This document shows, in pieces, positions 1 through 11,210 of a stretch of DNA of 64,000 nucleotides (within the stretch, counting starts at the first letter, position 1; each line of letters starts with the position of its first letter). This DNA comes from Blastocladiella emersonii ATCC 22665. Its lineage: Eukaryota > Fungi > Blastocladiomycota. The DNA lies in contig JANHCV010000011.1 of NCBI GenBank assembly GCA_025594325.1, positions 1,116,001 to 1,180,000 of the forward strand. Reading direction: 5' to 3'. Made by a program: the position numbers and the translations under genes. Under the pieces are notes generated by a model. The model saw only the letters and a list, made by a program, of their open reading frames with translations, ran no database searches and was not told where the DNA came from.

Positions 1-333
1 GCAATGGCGAGCAAGGCGGCGCAGGAGTAGCGTCGTGAACGACTAGTAATAGAGTAGCTTAGTGTACTTAGTTCTCTCGCGCGCATGGGTGGGCAGTTTC
101 AATCGTTCATTCATACATTCAGCGACAACGCGAGGCGAGGACCGCCGCCCCGCGCGCAGCACGACATCAGGAGAGTGAGGTAAGTAAGAAAGAGATTAAG
201 AAGCTTATAACGAAACCAAGTGGCGAGGGTAGGGGAAGAGTGATGAGCGGGAGAGGAGGGGAAGTTGATCAGCGAAGGGGACAACGTATGCAAAGCGACG
301 GGGAGGCGAGTCTAAAGCGCCAGCCAAACCACC

Positions 334-1752
334 TTACAGGCCGAGGTTGTCGGCGTACGGCAGGTCGACCGTCTTGCCGGCAGCCACGATGGTGGGCTTA
401 GCAGCGAGGAGGCGCTGAGCGGCGGCGGCGACGGCCTCAGCCGAGACCTCCTCGATGGCGGTGGTCGAGGACGCGGCAGCCTTGCCGGAGATAGCGAGGC
501 GCTGGGCGGCGGCGCGGGCGTGCGCGGGCTTGTTCTCCTGGGCGAAGAGCTGGGCGGCCTTGGCCTGGTTGACGGCGCGGGCGAACTCGTCGGCGGCGAC
601 GCCGTCGGCGGCGCGCTTGAGGGCGGCGACGGCGGTGGCGATGCCCTTGGCGGCGTTGGCGGGCGACGTCTTGCACGTGGACGAGAGGCCGAAGAGGCCG
701 GCGTCCGAGTAGGTGGCGGAGAAGGCGCGGACGGCGGCGTGGGCCTCGCGGCCGGCGCGGACCAGGGGGGACCCGGCCTCGCCCCACTTGACGTACTTGG
801 TGCCGTCGCCGAGGAGCGTGGTGAGGACGGCGAGCGTGGCCGCGTCCTGGGAGTAGGCGGCGGCGCCGGGGAAGGCGACCGTCACGTTGTGGCCGCGGGC
901 GAGTTCGACGCGCGACTCGCCGCCGAAGTACTTGGACGCGACCTTGCCGGCGGCGGGGGACGCGCCGGTCTGGTCAAAGTGGGCCGTGGCAAGGTGCTGC
1001 AGCTCCTCGGGGTTGACGCCGACACCGAAGAGGGCGGCGCCCGAGCCGATGGAGAGGTGCGACTGGGCAAAGGCCTTGACCTTGTCGGCCGAGACCGTGT
1101 TGAAGACGGGGGCGGTGGTGGCGTTGCCGAGGCCGTGGCGGAAGGCGATGCGGTGGGCCGTCTCGTAGCCGACGAGGGTGGCGTTGGCGGCGGCGGCGGC
1201 GGCCTGCTCGGCGGTGCGCGCGGCAACCTCCTTGAACTCCCAGTGGTTGTAGGCGGTGTTGTAGACGACGTCGGAGAGGGTCTCGACGGCGAAGGCGCTA
1301 CGCAAGGAGGTTGGGGGGAAGGTGTGAGCGATCGAAGGTCAGGTCCGGCGCGACGAGAGAGCGTACAGGTCGTCGCGCAGGAACTCGGCCTGGTAGACAA
1401 TGAACTCGCGGTCGGCGGTGGTCGACACCTTCATGCCGCGCATCTCGATCTCGCGGGCGAGCTTGACGGGGGTCTGGGTGGCCGTGTACTTGTAGGCGAA
1501 GTTGGCGAGGAAGTGGGCGGCGCCGAGGTTGTCGGACGACTCGGCGCGGGCGCCGGCGGGGACCACGAGGACGAGCGACGAGGTCGGGCCGTGGGTGTCG
1601 ACGGCGCCCGTGCGCAGACCCGAGGCGACCTGGGCCGTCGCGGAGACGGGGGCCGGGGCCACGAGCGGCACGTCCTTAGGCAGCGGGAAGTCCGCGAAGG
1701 CCGACGAGCGCGACACGGTGGTGTGGATGCGGCGGGCAGCGGTGCGGAGCAT
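334..1752 (-). CDS. QCR2: Ubiquinol-cytochrome c reductase core protein 2 (M16 peptidase fold), mitochondrial; 2 exons, intron 1298-1366
   Basis: Presequence-like start MLRTAARRIHTT; 'GARAESSDNLGAAHFLANFAYK' and 'TADREFIVYQAEFLRDD'; C-terminal 'FSATYSDAGLFG' and 'DLPYADNL'. Removing the 69-nt GTACGC..TAG intron joins the two ORFs in frame (DDL-AFAVETL). Confidence 0.9.
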
Positions 1753-2595
1753 GGTGGAGAGGTCGAGCGCTACGCGGGTGGGTATGCGGGCGTTAGCGCC
1801 AACGCCGTCATGGCGGCTGCGTCGCGAGGGATGGCGATGGGGGGCTCGCGTCGGGTCGAGTTGAGTTGAGCGGCGACGGCGGCGAGCGATGGCGGCGTGC
1901 GTGTCTCCCTCGCACTGCCGTCGACGAGGGGACATGTCGCTCCGTTGGGATCCCATCAGCGAGGTTTGATGGGTCGTCGCGAGTCAATGTCGTGGTTGTG
2001 CCGATCGAAAGTGGCCGTCGATGGTCGGTCCATTGTGGCGGAATCGCCGTTCGCGGGCGGGCGGCCGACACGGCGAGCCGGCGTGAGCCCATTCGCCATC
2101 CCGGCGACATTGCAGCAAGGTCGGTCTCCGTACCAGGCGTGGCGGACGTCGTAGCCGAGGGGCGGGGCGCGGGCGGGGTCGTCAACTCTACGGCGGCGGC
2201 GGCGTGCAGCAGGCCGCGACGATGGCCGCCGCTGTGAAGCCGCATCAACAAAATCGGTGCGTCAGCTGATGCTGCGTGACCGCGCCCGATCGGAAGGACC
2301 CGGCTATCCCGATGCCCTTAGTATGGGTTCTTGGCGAGTAAATGAGACTTTTATATGTTGAGTAGTGCTTTGCGCAGTCGCCAATGCTATTCCAGCAATA
2401 AAATTTGAACCTCCACCTCAGCGAGAGCAGAAGCGTCGTCCCTCGCAACCGGGGCATGTGATGGGCTGAGGCACGGATTGGCAGGGACCGATGTGTTCTG
2501 GACCCGAGCTCGCCCCACCCTCCTCGACAAGGCCGACCTGTGCCCTTTGCTACGAATCGACCACCCGCAACGCTACGCAACGCAACGGAGTCCCC

Positions 2596-4384
2596 ATGAT
2601 GACCGCCAAGGCCGCCGCTGCTGCCGCTGCCGCGAGCTCCGCCACGACGGCCGCCGCCGCCGCTGCCGTCGCGACGACCGCATCGCGCAAGCTGGCGGGC
2701 TACGACTTCTACCGGCAGGTGCTCAAGTCGGCCAAGTACATCGTAGCGCCGATGGTCGACCAGTCGGAGCACGCGTGGCGGCTGCTGTCGAAGCGGTACG
2801 GCGCCGAGCTCGCGTACACGCCCATGTTCCACGCGCGGCTGTTCTCGGACCCGGCGAGCGACGTGTACCGGCGCGAGCAGTTCACGACCTCGCCCGAGGA
2901 CCGCCCGCTGATCGTGCAGTTCTGCGCCAACGACCCCGACACGCTGTTGCGCGCCGCCAAGCTCGTCGAGGACCAGTGCGACGCCGTCGACCTGAACCTC
3001 GGGTGCCCGCAGGGGATCGCCAAGCGCGGCCACTACGGGTCCTTCCTCATGGAGGAGTGGGACCTGATCGCTAGCATGGTCAAGATCCTCCACGAGAACC
3101 TCGCCGTCCCCGTCACCTGCAAGATCCGCGTCTACCCCGACGTCGAGAAGACGGTCGCGTACGCCAAGATGCTCGAGCGCGCTGGGTGCCAGCTGCTCAC
3201 CGTCCAGTACGTTTTCTCTGGTGCGCCCGGGCTACGGTCACCCGCTCACTCTTCGCCCATCGCGTAGCGGCCGCCTGCGCGAGCAAAAGGGCCAGGCCAC
3301 CGGCATCGCCGACTGGGTCAAGATCAAGGCCGTCAAGGAGGCCGTCTCGATCCCCGTCTTCGCCAACGGCAACGTACGCTTGCTCGCTCGCCCGCCGTCA
3401 CACCCGCCCGTGCTCACCCTCTCCGTATCACGCGCAGATCGTCTACTTTGAGGACATTGAGCGGTGCATCAAGGCGACGGGCGTCGAGGGCGTCATGTCG
3501 GCCGAGGGCAACCTGCACAACCCGGCGCTGTTCGCCGACCTGCACCCGCCCGTGTGGGACATGGCGTCCGAGTACCTCGCCATCTGCCGCGAGCACCACG
3601 CCGAGATGAGCCAGATCCGCGCCCACCTGTTCCGCATCTACCGCACCTGGTACGCTCTCCTTCACCTCGCACACCCCGCCCCCGTCGCTCACTCTTTCGG
3701 GATTGTAGCATCAACGAGTGGACCGAGGGCCGCGACATGCTGACCAAGTGCAGCACCGTGGCCGACTACGAGGCCTTCATCGCGCACACGCGCGAGCACT
3801 TCCGCGCCGACGTCGAGTCGTCGGGCTGGGACACGTCGATCAAGTCGTCGGCGATCCCCAACAACGAGCACGGGTACAAGGAGCTCCCCGTGTGGGTATG
3901 CCAGACGTATTTCCGCGAGATCATCGACCCGGCCGTCTCGGGCCGCCCCGCCGGCGACCTTCCCGCGTCGCGCAGCCTGTCGTCGGCGCCCGAGCAGAAG
4001 GAGATAACCGAGGAGGAGAAAGCCGCGGCCGAGGCGCGCCGCGCCGAGATCGCCGAGCAGCGGCTCCTCCGCAAGCAGCAGAAGCGCAAGCACAAGGAGG
4101 CGAACCGCGAGCGCATCGAGAAGGCCGGGAACGCCAAGCGCGCCAAGCTCCGGTGCGCGGGCTGCCTCAACGTCGTCTCGAGCAAGTGCACCCACACGCT
4201 GTGCCGCACGTGCTGCCTCGACAAGATGCAGCGCGCCGTCGAGACGCTCGCCGCGCAGGGCGTCAGTATGGCTGACGTGCCCAAGGGCGCGACCGAGCAT
4301 AACGGCGTCACGGTTGCGTGTGAGGCGCACGGCCGCGGGCGGTGGCCTAAGACGGCGAGCGAGGCGGAAACCGTCGCCGCGTAA
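2596..4384 (+). CDS. DUS1: tRNA-dihydrouridine(16/17) synthase; introns 3207-3267, 3374-3437, 3650-3708
   Basis: Motifs [42 protein letters not shown], spliced LTVHGR, IPVFANG, GVMSAEG. C-terminal Cys-rich domain CAGC..C....CRTCC..C..H. Confidence 0.93.
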
Positions 4385-4693
4385 CCTCGACCTCCCTCTG
4401 TATCGATTAGCACACTAGATAAACCTGTACACACTTGACTCACGCTTGCCATCATCGCCGCCATCAGTGCCGCCGTCAGGTCATGGGGTGGCGCGGCAGC
4501 CACCACGGTCACGCTGCGCCTGCAGATCGCCCGCGTGAGCGGCGCGGCGCGGTGTGGCGCGTGTGCGTTGCCACCGAGCCAACTCTCCGCTTCACACAAG
4601 GTCGGGATGCTCGGTACAAAAGGTGGGCGGCGGAGGCTCGGGCTCCGCGCTCTTCCGCATCACCATCAGCGACGGGATCAAGAAACGCAGCAC

Positions 4694-5638
4694 ATGTTCG
4701 CCTGGCCCTCATCGACCGCAACCCCGCCGCCCGCGCGCACCGCGCTGCCCATCACGCCGAGCGCCACGCCGCCGCCGCCGCCCTCGGACGACACGGCGCC
4801 CGCGCCCGCGTCCCCCTCAAGCTCGGAACCCCTCGCGGCGACGCTCGACGCCGTGGCCGAGGCGCTGCAGGCCATCACGGCCAACTCGGGCGCGGCGGGC
4901 GTGGCCATCGAGGACGACTTTGAGGTCATCGATTTCGGCGGCTGCGACGGCAGCGGGAGCGGCACGACGTCGGCGCTCGATGGCCGCGTCGACCGGCTCG
5001 TCAGCGCTGTCACCCAGCTCACGGCCATCCTGCAGGCAGAGCGCGCCGAGACTGGCGGGGGCGCGAGCGGGCGCGGGACCAAGCGCGGAGGCGGGGGCGG
5101 CCGGCTGCAGCCACTGCGCACGCGTACGTCGACGGGCGGCAGCCACGACTCGGCGGCGGTGACGCCCGGGACGTTCCCCGCATCGCCCAAGCCCGGTCCG
5201 CGCGGTACAGGCGCCGACTCCCTGACCGACGACGAGGACAACGAGGACCCAGGGACCTCGAGTGAGTGGGTGCACCTGCCGCCGCACGTCCGGCGCCTCG
5301 AGCAGCGCGTGGTCCGCCTCGAGTCGGTCCTGACGCACGCCCTGGCGGCAGTCCGCGCGCTGCACACGACGTCCGCGGGCGGTGCGGCGGCGCCGTTCCA
5401 ACACACGGTGCTGGTGCGCGACCTGCACCAGTGGGGCACGTCGTGCGTGCTGACGTCGCCGAACGCGACGGTCGGCGACCTCAAGAAGATGATCGCGGGC
5501 CAGCTCGGCGACGGGCGCGCGCCGCACCAGCTCCGGCTCGTCTGGGCCGGCACTGTTCTCTGCGACGATAACGCGTTCGCGTGTACCGCGATCCCGCAGA
5601 ATGGGGTCGCGATCCTCATGGGGAGCACGCGCGGGTAA
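4694..5638 (+). CDS. Hypothetical protein with two candidate LIR/AIM motifs, a short coiled coil and a C-terminal ubiquitin-like domain
   Basis: ORF 4535-5638; likely start MFAWP at 4694. C-terminus TVGDLKKMIAGQLG..PHQLRLVWAGTVLCDD..I matches the ubiquitin-fold pattern and ends STRG-stop. Confidence 0.65.
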   Translation: MFAWPSSTATPPPARTALPITPSATPPPPPSDDTAPAPASPSSSEPLAATLDAVAEALQAITANSGAAGVAIEDDFEVIDFGGCDGSGSGTTSALDGRVDRLVSAVTQLTAILQAERAETGGGASGRGTKRGGGGGRLQPLRTRTSTGGSHDSAAVTPGTFPASPKPGPRGTGADSLTDDEDNEDPGTSSEWVHLPPHVRRLEQRVVRLESVLTHALAAVRALHTTSAGGAAAPFQHTVLVRDLHQWGTSCVLTSPNATVGDLKKMIAGQLGDGRAPHQLRLVWAGTVLCDDNAFACTAIPQNGVAILMGSTRG

Positions 5639-5988
5639 GCAGGGTGGGTGTTGTAAACCATTGTCATGTATGCGAGGCCGTGAGAGGCCTGACTTATTCT
5701 CTACGAAGCAGTCCCTATCGACTTGAGCTCGGTGATCGTTAGCATGATCGAACGCGTCGCTGCTTGAAGCATAGCGCGAAGCGGCGATCGGGGAGAGAGA
5801 AAAGGCCAAGCCGTGCCTGCCAAAACTCGGCGTAGAGCTCGGCGCTCTCCGCGTGTGGCGCACGCGAACAAGACCTCGCTCACCGTTCGCAACAAGCTTC
5901 GCCCTCGCGGCCCGTCCCCTCTCCCTCCTTCCCCCACACGTAAAGATCGCGCGCGCTACTGCGCACTCTCGCACCGACTCCATGAACC

Positions 5989-6916
5989 ATGACTGCATGC
6001 AACGAAGACGATGGATCGACCACCGCCCTCTCCTCGCCCGCTGCGCCGCGCGCTGCCCACGACGGCGGCATCGTGTGGACGCGTCTCGATCCACACGACG
6101 ACGACGAAACGGCCGATCCGCGCTTCCCGACCACCACGTCCAGCGCGTCGGCGATCCGGTGGCTCGATGCGCGCCGCGTGTGGCCGCCGCGCGGGTGGCC
6201 GTGGGTCCGTCTGCGGATGTGGATCCTCCTTCAGTTCGCCGTGATGCTGGTGACCGAGGCGTGGTATGTGGTGATCACGGCCGAGCAGGCGCTGCAGGCG
6301 AGCGCGCACGCGAACGCAAAGCCGGCGCGCGCCAGGGCCGATGCGGACCCGACGCGGCTCGCGGCGAGCCCGATGATGTCGATCGAGTTTGTCGAGGTGG
6401 GCGGCGGCGAGCGGACGCGGCTCACACAGAAGGCGCTCATCACGCTCGTCTACGTGGTCGCCGGCGCGCACCTCGTCCAGCTCGTCATCACCGTGTGCGG
6501 GCTCGTGGCGGCGGTCACGTACCGCGTCAGCGGGTTCCGCGCGTTCACGTACACGACCACGGTGCAGGCGATCGTGTGGTACCTGTGGTCCGCGGTCGGC
6601 CGGCTCGAGCTCGATCGGCTGCTCGTGTTTCTCGTCACCATGGTCTTTATGTACTGCTTCTCCCGCGTACGTTTGGCGCGTCGTACTATGCAAAGGGCCT
6701 GTGAGCTGACACGCGAGCGTGCGCGTGTAGTACATTTCCGACCTGGAGGCAAACAAGCGCAGCTCGTCGCTGTACACGGACCTCGGAGAACCGCCAGACG
6801 CACCACCAACACACACCTTCGCTTTCAACAACCGTTTTGACGAGGCCTACGCGAGCTCGCCTCGAGAGCTTGAGGACGGCCGCCCCGGCCGCGAGACCGT
6901 CGCGCAGTCGGCGTAG
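5989..6916 (+). CDS. Four-TM membrane protein, LAPTM-like array member 1; intron 6667-6730
   Basis: Hydrophobic helices align by eye with the downstream paralogs (VITVCGLVAAVTYRVSGFRAF vs LWTLFGLFAAIKRKVGAFKVF). The GTACGT..CTGAC..TAG intron gives spliced FSRYISDLE, with stop at 6916. Confidence 0.65.
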
Positions 6917-7151
6917 TCGCACGCCCCTCCCTACTGTAAATACATGAACACTCTTCCCTTCTCGTCTGACCACTTTCGGCGCCGCCCTCGCAGAAGCAGC
7001 AGCGGCGTCGCCTATGAAGCCACACCACACACGCGCTCCGCCACTGCGGCGCCGCCCCGATCTCCAGCCTTGGAACGGCGTGGCGTTGCTCTCGTTCGCC
7101 GCTGCCCACCCGACGACTTTCATGGCCTCTCATCACGCATTATCACGCAAC

Positions 7152-7814
7152 ATGACAGCCTCTCACAACGCGCAACCTGCTCCCGGCTTCGACGCGAGCG
7201 CGGCGTCAGCACCAGCGCCGGCCGATCGCGCGCCCGCCGCCGCCGCTCCCGCCAAGCCCCCCTCCGCGGGCGATCTCACGCGCGACACCTCGGTCCGCCG
7301 CACGTGCTGCTTCTGCCTCGACCTACGCCGTGCGGTCCTCGCGCTGCTCGTGTTCGCGCTAGCCGTGAACGTAGCCAGCATCGCCTTCTCCATCGTATCG
7401 GTAGCGACGGGCCACGGCGCGCCCGCGTGGAGCGTCGCGGGCAAGAACCAGGCGCACCTCGACGAGCTCGTCAAGTCGGCGACGGCCGCCGTGGTCCTCG
7501 CAATCTTCGTCAACGCAGTGCAGATCGCGTTGCTCGCGTGGGGTCTGCTCACCGTCCTCAAGCGGCGCGTCGGACACTTCCGCGCGTTTGCTACGATCAA
7601 CGTCGTGTTCGCGCTGCTCAGTCTCGTCGTGCTCTTCTTCAACTTTAGCGTCGCGGGCATCGCGAGTGCCGCTGTACAGGGGTACCTTGCGTGGGTCCTC
7701 GTCAGCTACGTCGACACGTTGCGCGCCGAGCGCGGGGCGGCGGCGGCGGGCCGGGAGCGGGAGCGGCTCGAGGGCAAGACCACGACGGTGGCCTCGGTGG
7801 AGAGCGTAGTGTAG
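7152..7814 (+). CDS. Four-TM membrane protein, LAPTM-like array member 2
   Basis: RRTCCFCLDLRR motif followed by four hydrophobic segments. Start placed at caacATG 7152 by homology with member 4. Confidence 0.75.
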   Translation: MTASHNAQPAPGFDASAASAPAPADRAPAAAAPAKPPSAGDLTRDTSVRRTCCFCLDLRRAVLALLVFALAVNVASIAFSIVSVATGHGAPAWSVAGKNQAHLDELVKSATAAVVLAIFVNAVQIALLAWGLLTVLKRRVGHFRAFATINVVFALLSLVVLFFNFSVAGIASAAVQGYLAWVLVSYVDTLRAERGAAAAGRERERLEGKTTTVASVESVV

Positions 7815-8066
7815 CGCGGAAGCCCCAATAGATGAATGTACTTGTTCATTTTACGCGCAATTGTCTCCTCCGCGGCGGTGCCCATCAGTCCCTCCATCAG
7901 CGACCCGGCAGCGACGGCTGGATCGAGAGTGAGTGCGCCAAGCAGCGCTACGGGGCAAAAGACCTGGCTCCGAAGCCTGGTCGAACAACCAACGTTCCCA
8001 CACCAGCAGACGCTCCCTCCTCTCTCGACTTTCACAACCGCTCGCCACGCGTACTCTCCACGCAGC

Positions 8067-8687
8067 ACGACGATAACAAACACCGCGCAACGTAGCCCTG
8101 ACGTCGTTGAGCCCACCAAGCCCTCCTCGCCGAGCGCCGTCCGCCGCACATGCTGTCCGAATCTGCCGCGCACCAAGCTCACGGCGGTGGTGGTTGCTCT
8201 GCTCGTGTTGACGGTGAACGTCAACGTGGGCGTCATCGTGCACTCGCTCGTCACGGCCCGCAGCGACCCGCCCGCGTCAAGTGTTCCGGGTAAGGACGAT
8301 GGTCAAGCGCTGCACCCTGACGAGCCCTCCGAGTCGACTATGGCGGCCACCGCACTTTCCCTGCTCGCCTACGCGGCGCAAATGGTGCTGTTCGTGGTGG
8401 GCATGAACGCGGCTTTCATATGAATATGACAGAGCATCCGTCACTTCCGCGCGCTCGCGACCGAGGTCGTCGCGCATGGGTCGCTCGGCCTCATCGCGTT
8501 CCTCAAGTTTGGCGTCGCCGGAATCGTCATCACCGTCGTCCAGGCGTATCTCACGTGGACCCTCGTCCGTTACATCGAGTTGCTGCTCGCAGCGAATGAA
8601 ATGGCGCGTCAGGTAGAGCAGGGGGAGCAGCAGAAGCTGATCGGAGGCAAGGCCACGGCCATGGCTGCTGCGGAGAGCGTTGTGTAG
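8067..8687 (+). pseudogene. Degenerate LAPTM-like array member 3
   Basis: The position homologous to the start codon reads ACG (8067). Two in-frame TGAs lie in ATATGA-ATATGA (8418-8429). The same frame continues RHFRAL...QAYLTW..ESVV-stop, matching member 2 (HFRAF...QGYLAW..ESVV-stop). Confidence 0.7.
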
Positions 8688-9034
8688 CGCCCCAGTTCTG
8701 CTGAATGAATGCACTTGTTCGTTTCACGTGTTGCTCTCGCCCATCACGGACCGCATCAGGCTCCCCATCAGCGACGGCGACGGCCGGATCACCCGCCAGA
8801 GCGTGGGTTGCGTTTGTTTCGCCTGCAATTGTCTCCATCAGACTCTCCATCAGTGACGGCGACGCCGGATCGCCTGGTTGCAGGTTGCTGCACGCAGCGT
8901 GCACGCTGCACCGCAACGGATCGAGTCTTCGTGTGGCGCAGGACGCGCGGGATCCAGGTTCGGAGCTCGGTCAAACGCGCGCTCCCTCTCATCTCTGACA
9001 GCAGAATCCTCACCACGCACACACTCCGTGCAAC

Positions 9035-9619
9035 ATGACGGTTCCGAACAACACGCAAACTGCCCTTGACGTCGAGTCCGACGCGGCGTCGGCACTCATG
9101 GGCTCCAACACGCCGCCGCGCGCCAACTTCTCCTCGCCGCGCGCCGGCCGCCGCACGTGTTGCGGGGATCTGTTCCTCTCCAGTCTGACGCGGATCATTT
9201 TCGCGCTACTCACGACTGTGCTGGTCGTCAACGTGGCCAGCATCGCGCTCTCGGCCGTCGCGGGCCGGGACGCGCCCGCATGGAGTGTCCCAGGCAGGGG
9301 CCAGGCGGCGAACCCCGACGCGCCCATTACGTCGTCGATTGCAGCCCTCGTCGTCGCCTTGCTCATCAACGCGGCCCAGATGCTCCTGCTCTTGTGGGGC
9401 ATCGACGCGGCGTTCCAGTGGCGGCGTGCTGGGCCCAGGCCTGAGCAGCGCACTCATCCGCTCGTGGTCGTGGTTCTCGCGTCCTCGCTGCTCGGTCTCG
9501 TCGTCGTGCTCTTCAACTGGAGCGTCGCTGGGATCGTCAGCCTCGCCGCCGAGGCGTGCCTCGCGTGGGTCCTTGCCAGTTACGCCGAGTCGATGCGCGC
9601 TGCGAGCGAGATGGACTGA
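9035..9619 (+). CDS. Four-TM membrane protein, LAPTM-like array member 4
   Basis: RRTCCG motif; PAWSVPG loop shared with member 2; C-terminal LFNWSVAGIVS..EACLAWVLASY. Confidence 0.7.
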   Translation: MTVPNNTQTALDVESDAASALMGSNTPPRANFSSPRAGRRTCCGDLFLSSLTRIIFALLTTVLVVNVASIALSAVAGRDAPAWSVPGRGQAANPDAPITSSIAALVVALLINAAQMLLLLWGIDAAFQWRRAGPRPEQRTHPLVVVVLASSLLGLVVVLFNWSVAGIVSLAAEACLAWVLASYAESMRAASEMD

Positions 9620-10097
9620 CGGGAAACGAAGCTGGCGCAGCAGCGCGAAGCTCGGGGTTGTGGCCAATGAATCAATGAATCATCTCGTTCCTTTCACGTG
9701 TTGCTCTCGCCCATCACGACCCGCATCAGGCGCCCCATCAGCGACGGCGACGGCCAGATCGCCTTCCATAACGAGAGACAGTGCACAGCGCGCAGGAGTG
9801 CAAGCAGCCGCCGCGCCGCAACGCAGGCGTGTTTCATGGCGTGGGCTCTATCTTTGGAGCCCACACGTTTCGAAGAAGACGAAGGGCCCCAGAGTTCATT
9901 TCGGTGCACAACGGCGTGCGGCGCGGCGCCGCACGGAAGCGCTTGGCGGTGTCGTTTCCGCGGAAGAACCTCGAACAGGGTCCCCGCCTGAAACGGCCAG
10001 GACTACAACTACAAAAGGCGCGGGCGCCCCCGCCGTTGCGACGCTCCTCAAGCTCGCTCAAGTCGCTGCACACCACCACACTCAACTCTCGCTCAAC

Positions 10098-10592
10098 ATG
10101 TCCAAGTCCGAGGTCAAGCGCACCTGCTGCGGCTGCATCGACATTCGTAAGGGGGTTATCGGGCTCCTCGTCATTGAATTCATATTTCCGCTCGCCGCCG
10201 CTGCCCTCCTCTTTGTCGGCGGCAAGGTGGTGAGCGCCGCGGCCAAGGACGGCGGCCTCGTCGACGAGAAGGGCAACGTGATCGCCAACAAGGACGAGAC
10301 CAACGACGTCAAGCTGGTCGTCTACATTGCCGCCGCCGTGTTTGGTCTCCAGGCCCTGTGGACGCTGTTCGGTCTGTTCGCCGCCATCAAGCGCAAGGTC
10401 GGCGCCTTCAAGGTCTTCTCGTACATCACGGCCGTCTTCGCGATCCTCAACATCGTCAACGCCGTCATGAACCTCTCGGCTAGCAATATCGCCGGCGCCC
10501 TCCTCACGCTCTACTTCACCTACGTGTTCATCCAGTACTCCAAGACGATGCGCGAGGAGCTCGAGGAGAAGGCTGGCCACGGCTCGGCCTAA
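10098..10592 (+). CDS. Four-TM membrane protein, LAPTM-like array member 5 (164 aa)
   Basis: MSKSEVKRTCCGCIDIRKGVIGLLV resembles the LAPTM N-terminal CCxC..RxG pattern; strongly biased codons; four TM helices. Confidence 0.8.
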   Translation: MSKSEVKRTCCGCIDIRKGVIGLLVIEFIFPLAAAALLFVGGKVVSAAAKDGGLVDEKGNVIANKDETNDVKLVVYIAAAVFGLQALWTLFGLFAAIKRKVGAFKVFSYITAVFAILNIVNAVMNLSASNIAGALLTLYFTYVFIQYSKTMREELEEKAGHGSA

Positions 10593-11210
10593 GGCGTCCG
10601 TGTGTGTAGTGTGATTGTTTGATATACTTAGAGGGACCTCGTACCCGGTTTTGCTCCTCCTTTCATGTCTTGCGTCGCGAGTGAGATAAACTTGTCGTGG
10701 AGGTCGTCGTGCTCCTAAAGGCGCGAGGCTCGGCACAGTCTTGTTTCTTGAGGTGCGAGGCTCGGCTTCGCTGGTCAACGAACGCGTGCCTGAGTTGCGG
10801 CACGTCGCGAGTGGGTGAGTCTGAGAAGCGTCAGGCAAAACCGCGTCTAACTGACTGCCTTAACGTCGAATGTCCCATGCACAACACCTCGTTCCACACG
10901 CATTGATACTGAGCGGGGAAACGTCGAAGACGAAACCCCTCGACGCGCCCGCGTCGAAACACTTGGCGCGTCAATCAATCATGTGACGTCGGAGGGAACG
11001 CGAGACCACCCGGATGAGACACGCGCGCTCGCTCCGCTTCCACCGCACCCTGCTTTGCGGTGTTGCTTGGCGACCACGCCCACTGCGTTGCAGCGCGGGT
11101 ACGGAACGTAGGGCGCGGCGCGTATAAAGCTCTGCGGCGCCCCCGCGCTCGCTGCAGCCCCGCACAAACGCGTACACTCAAAGCAACGGATCATCATCAC
11201 CGCATCAACC

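Noticed and set aside
8418-8429. Double TGA as selenocysteine recoding
   Set aside because: The paralogs have no Cys at these positions, the start codon is also mutated, and the stops sit in a 6-bp duplication. Pseudogenisation is simpler.
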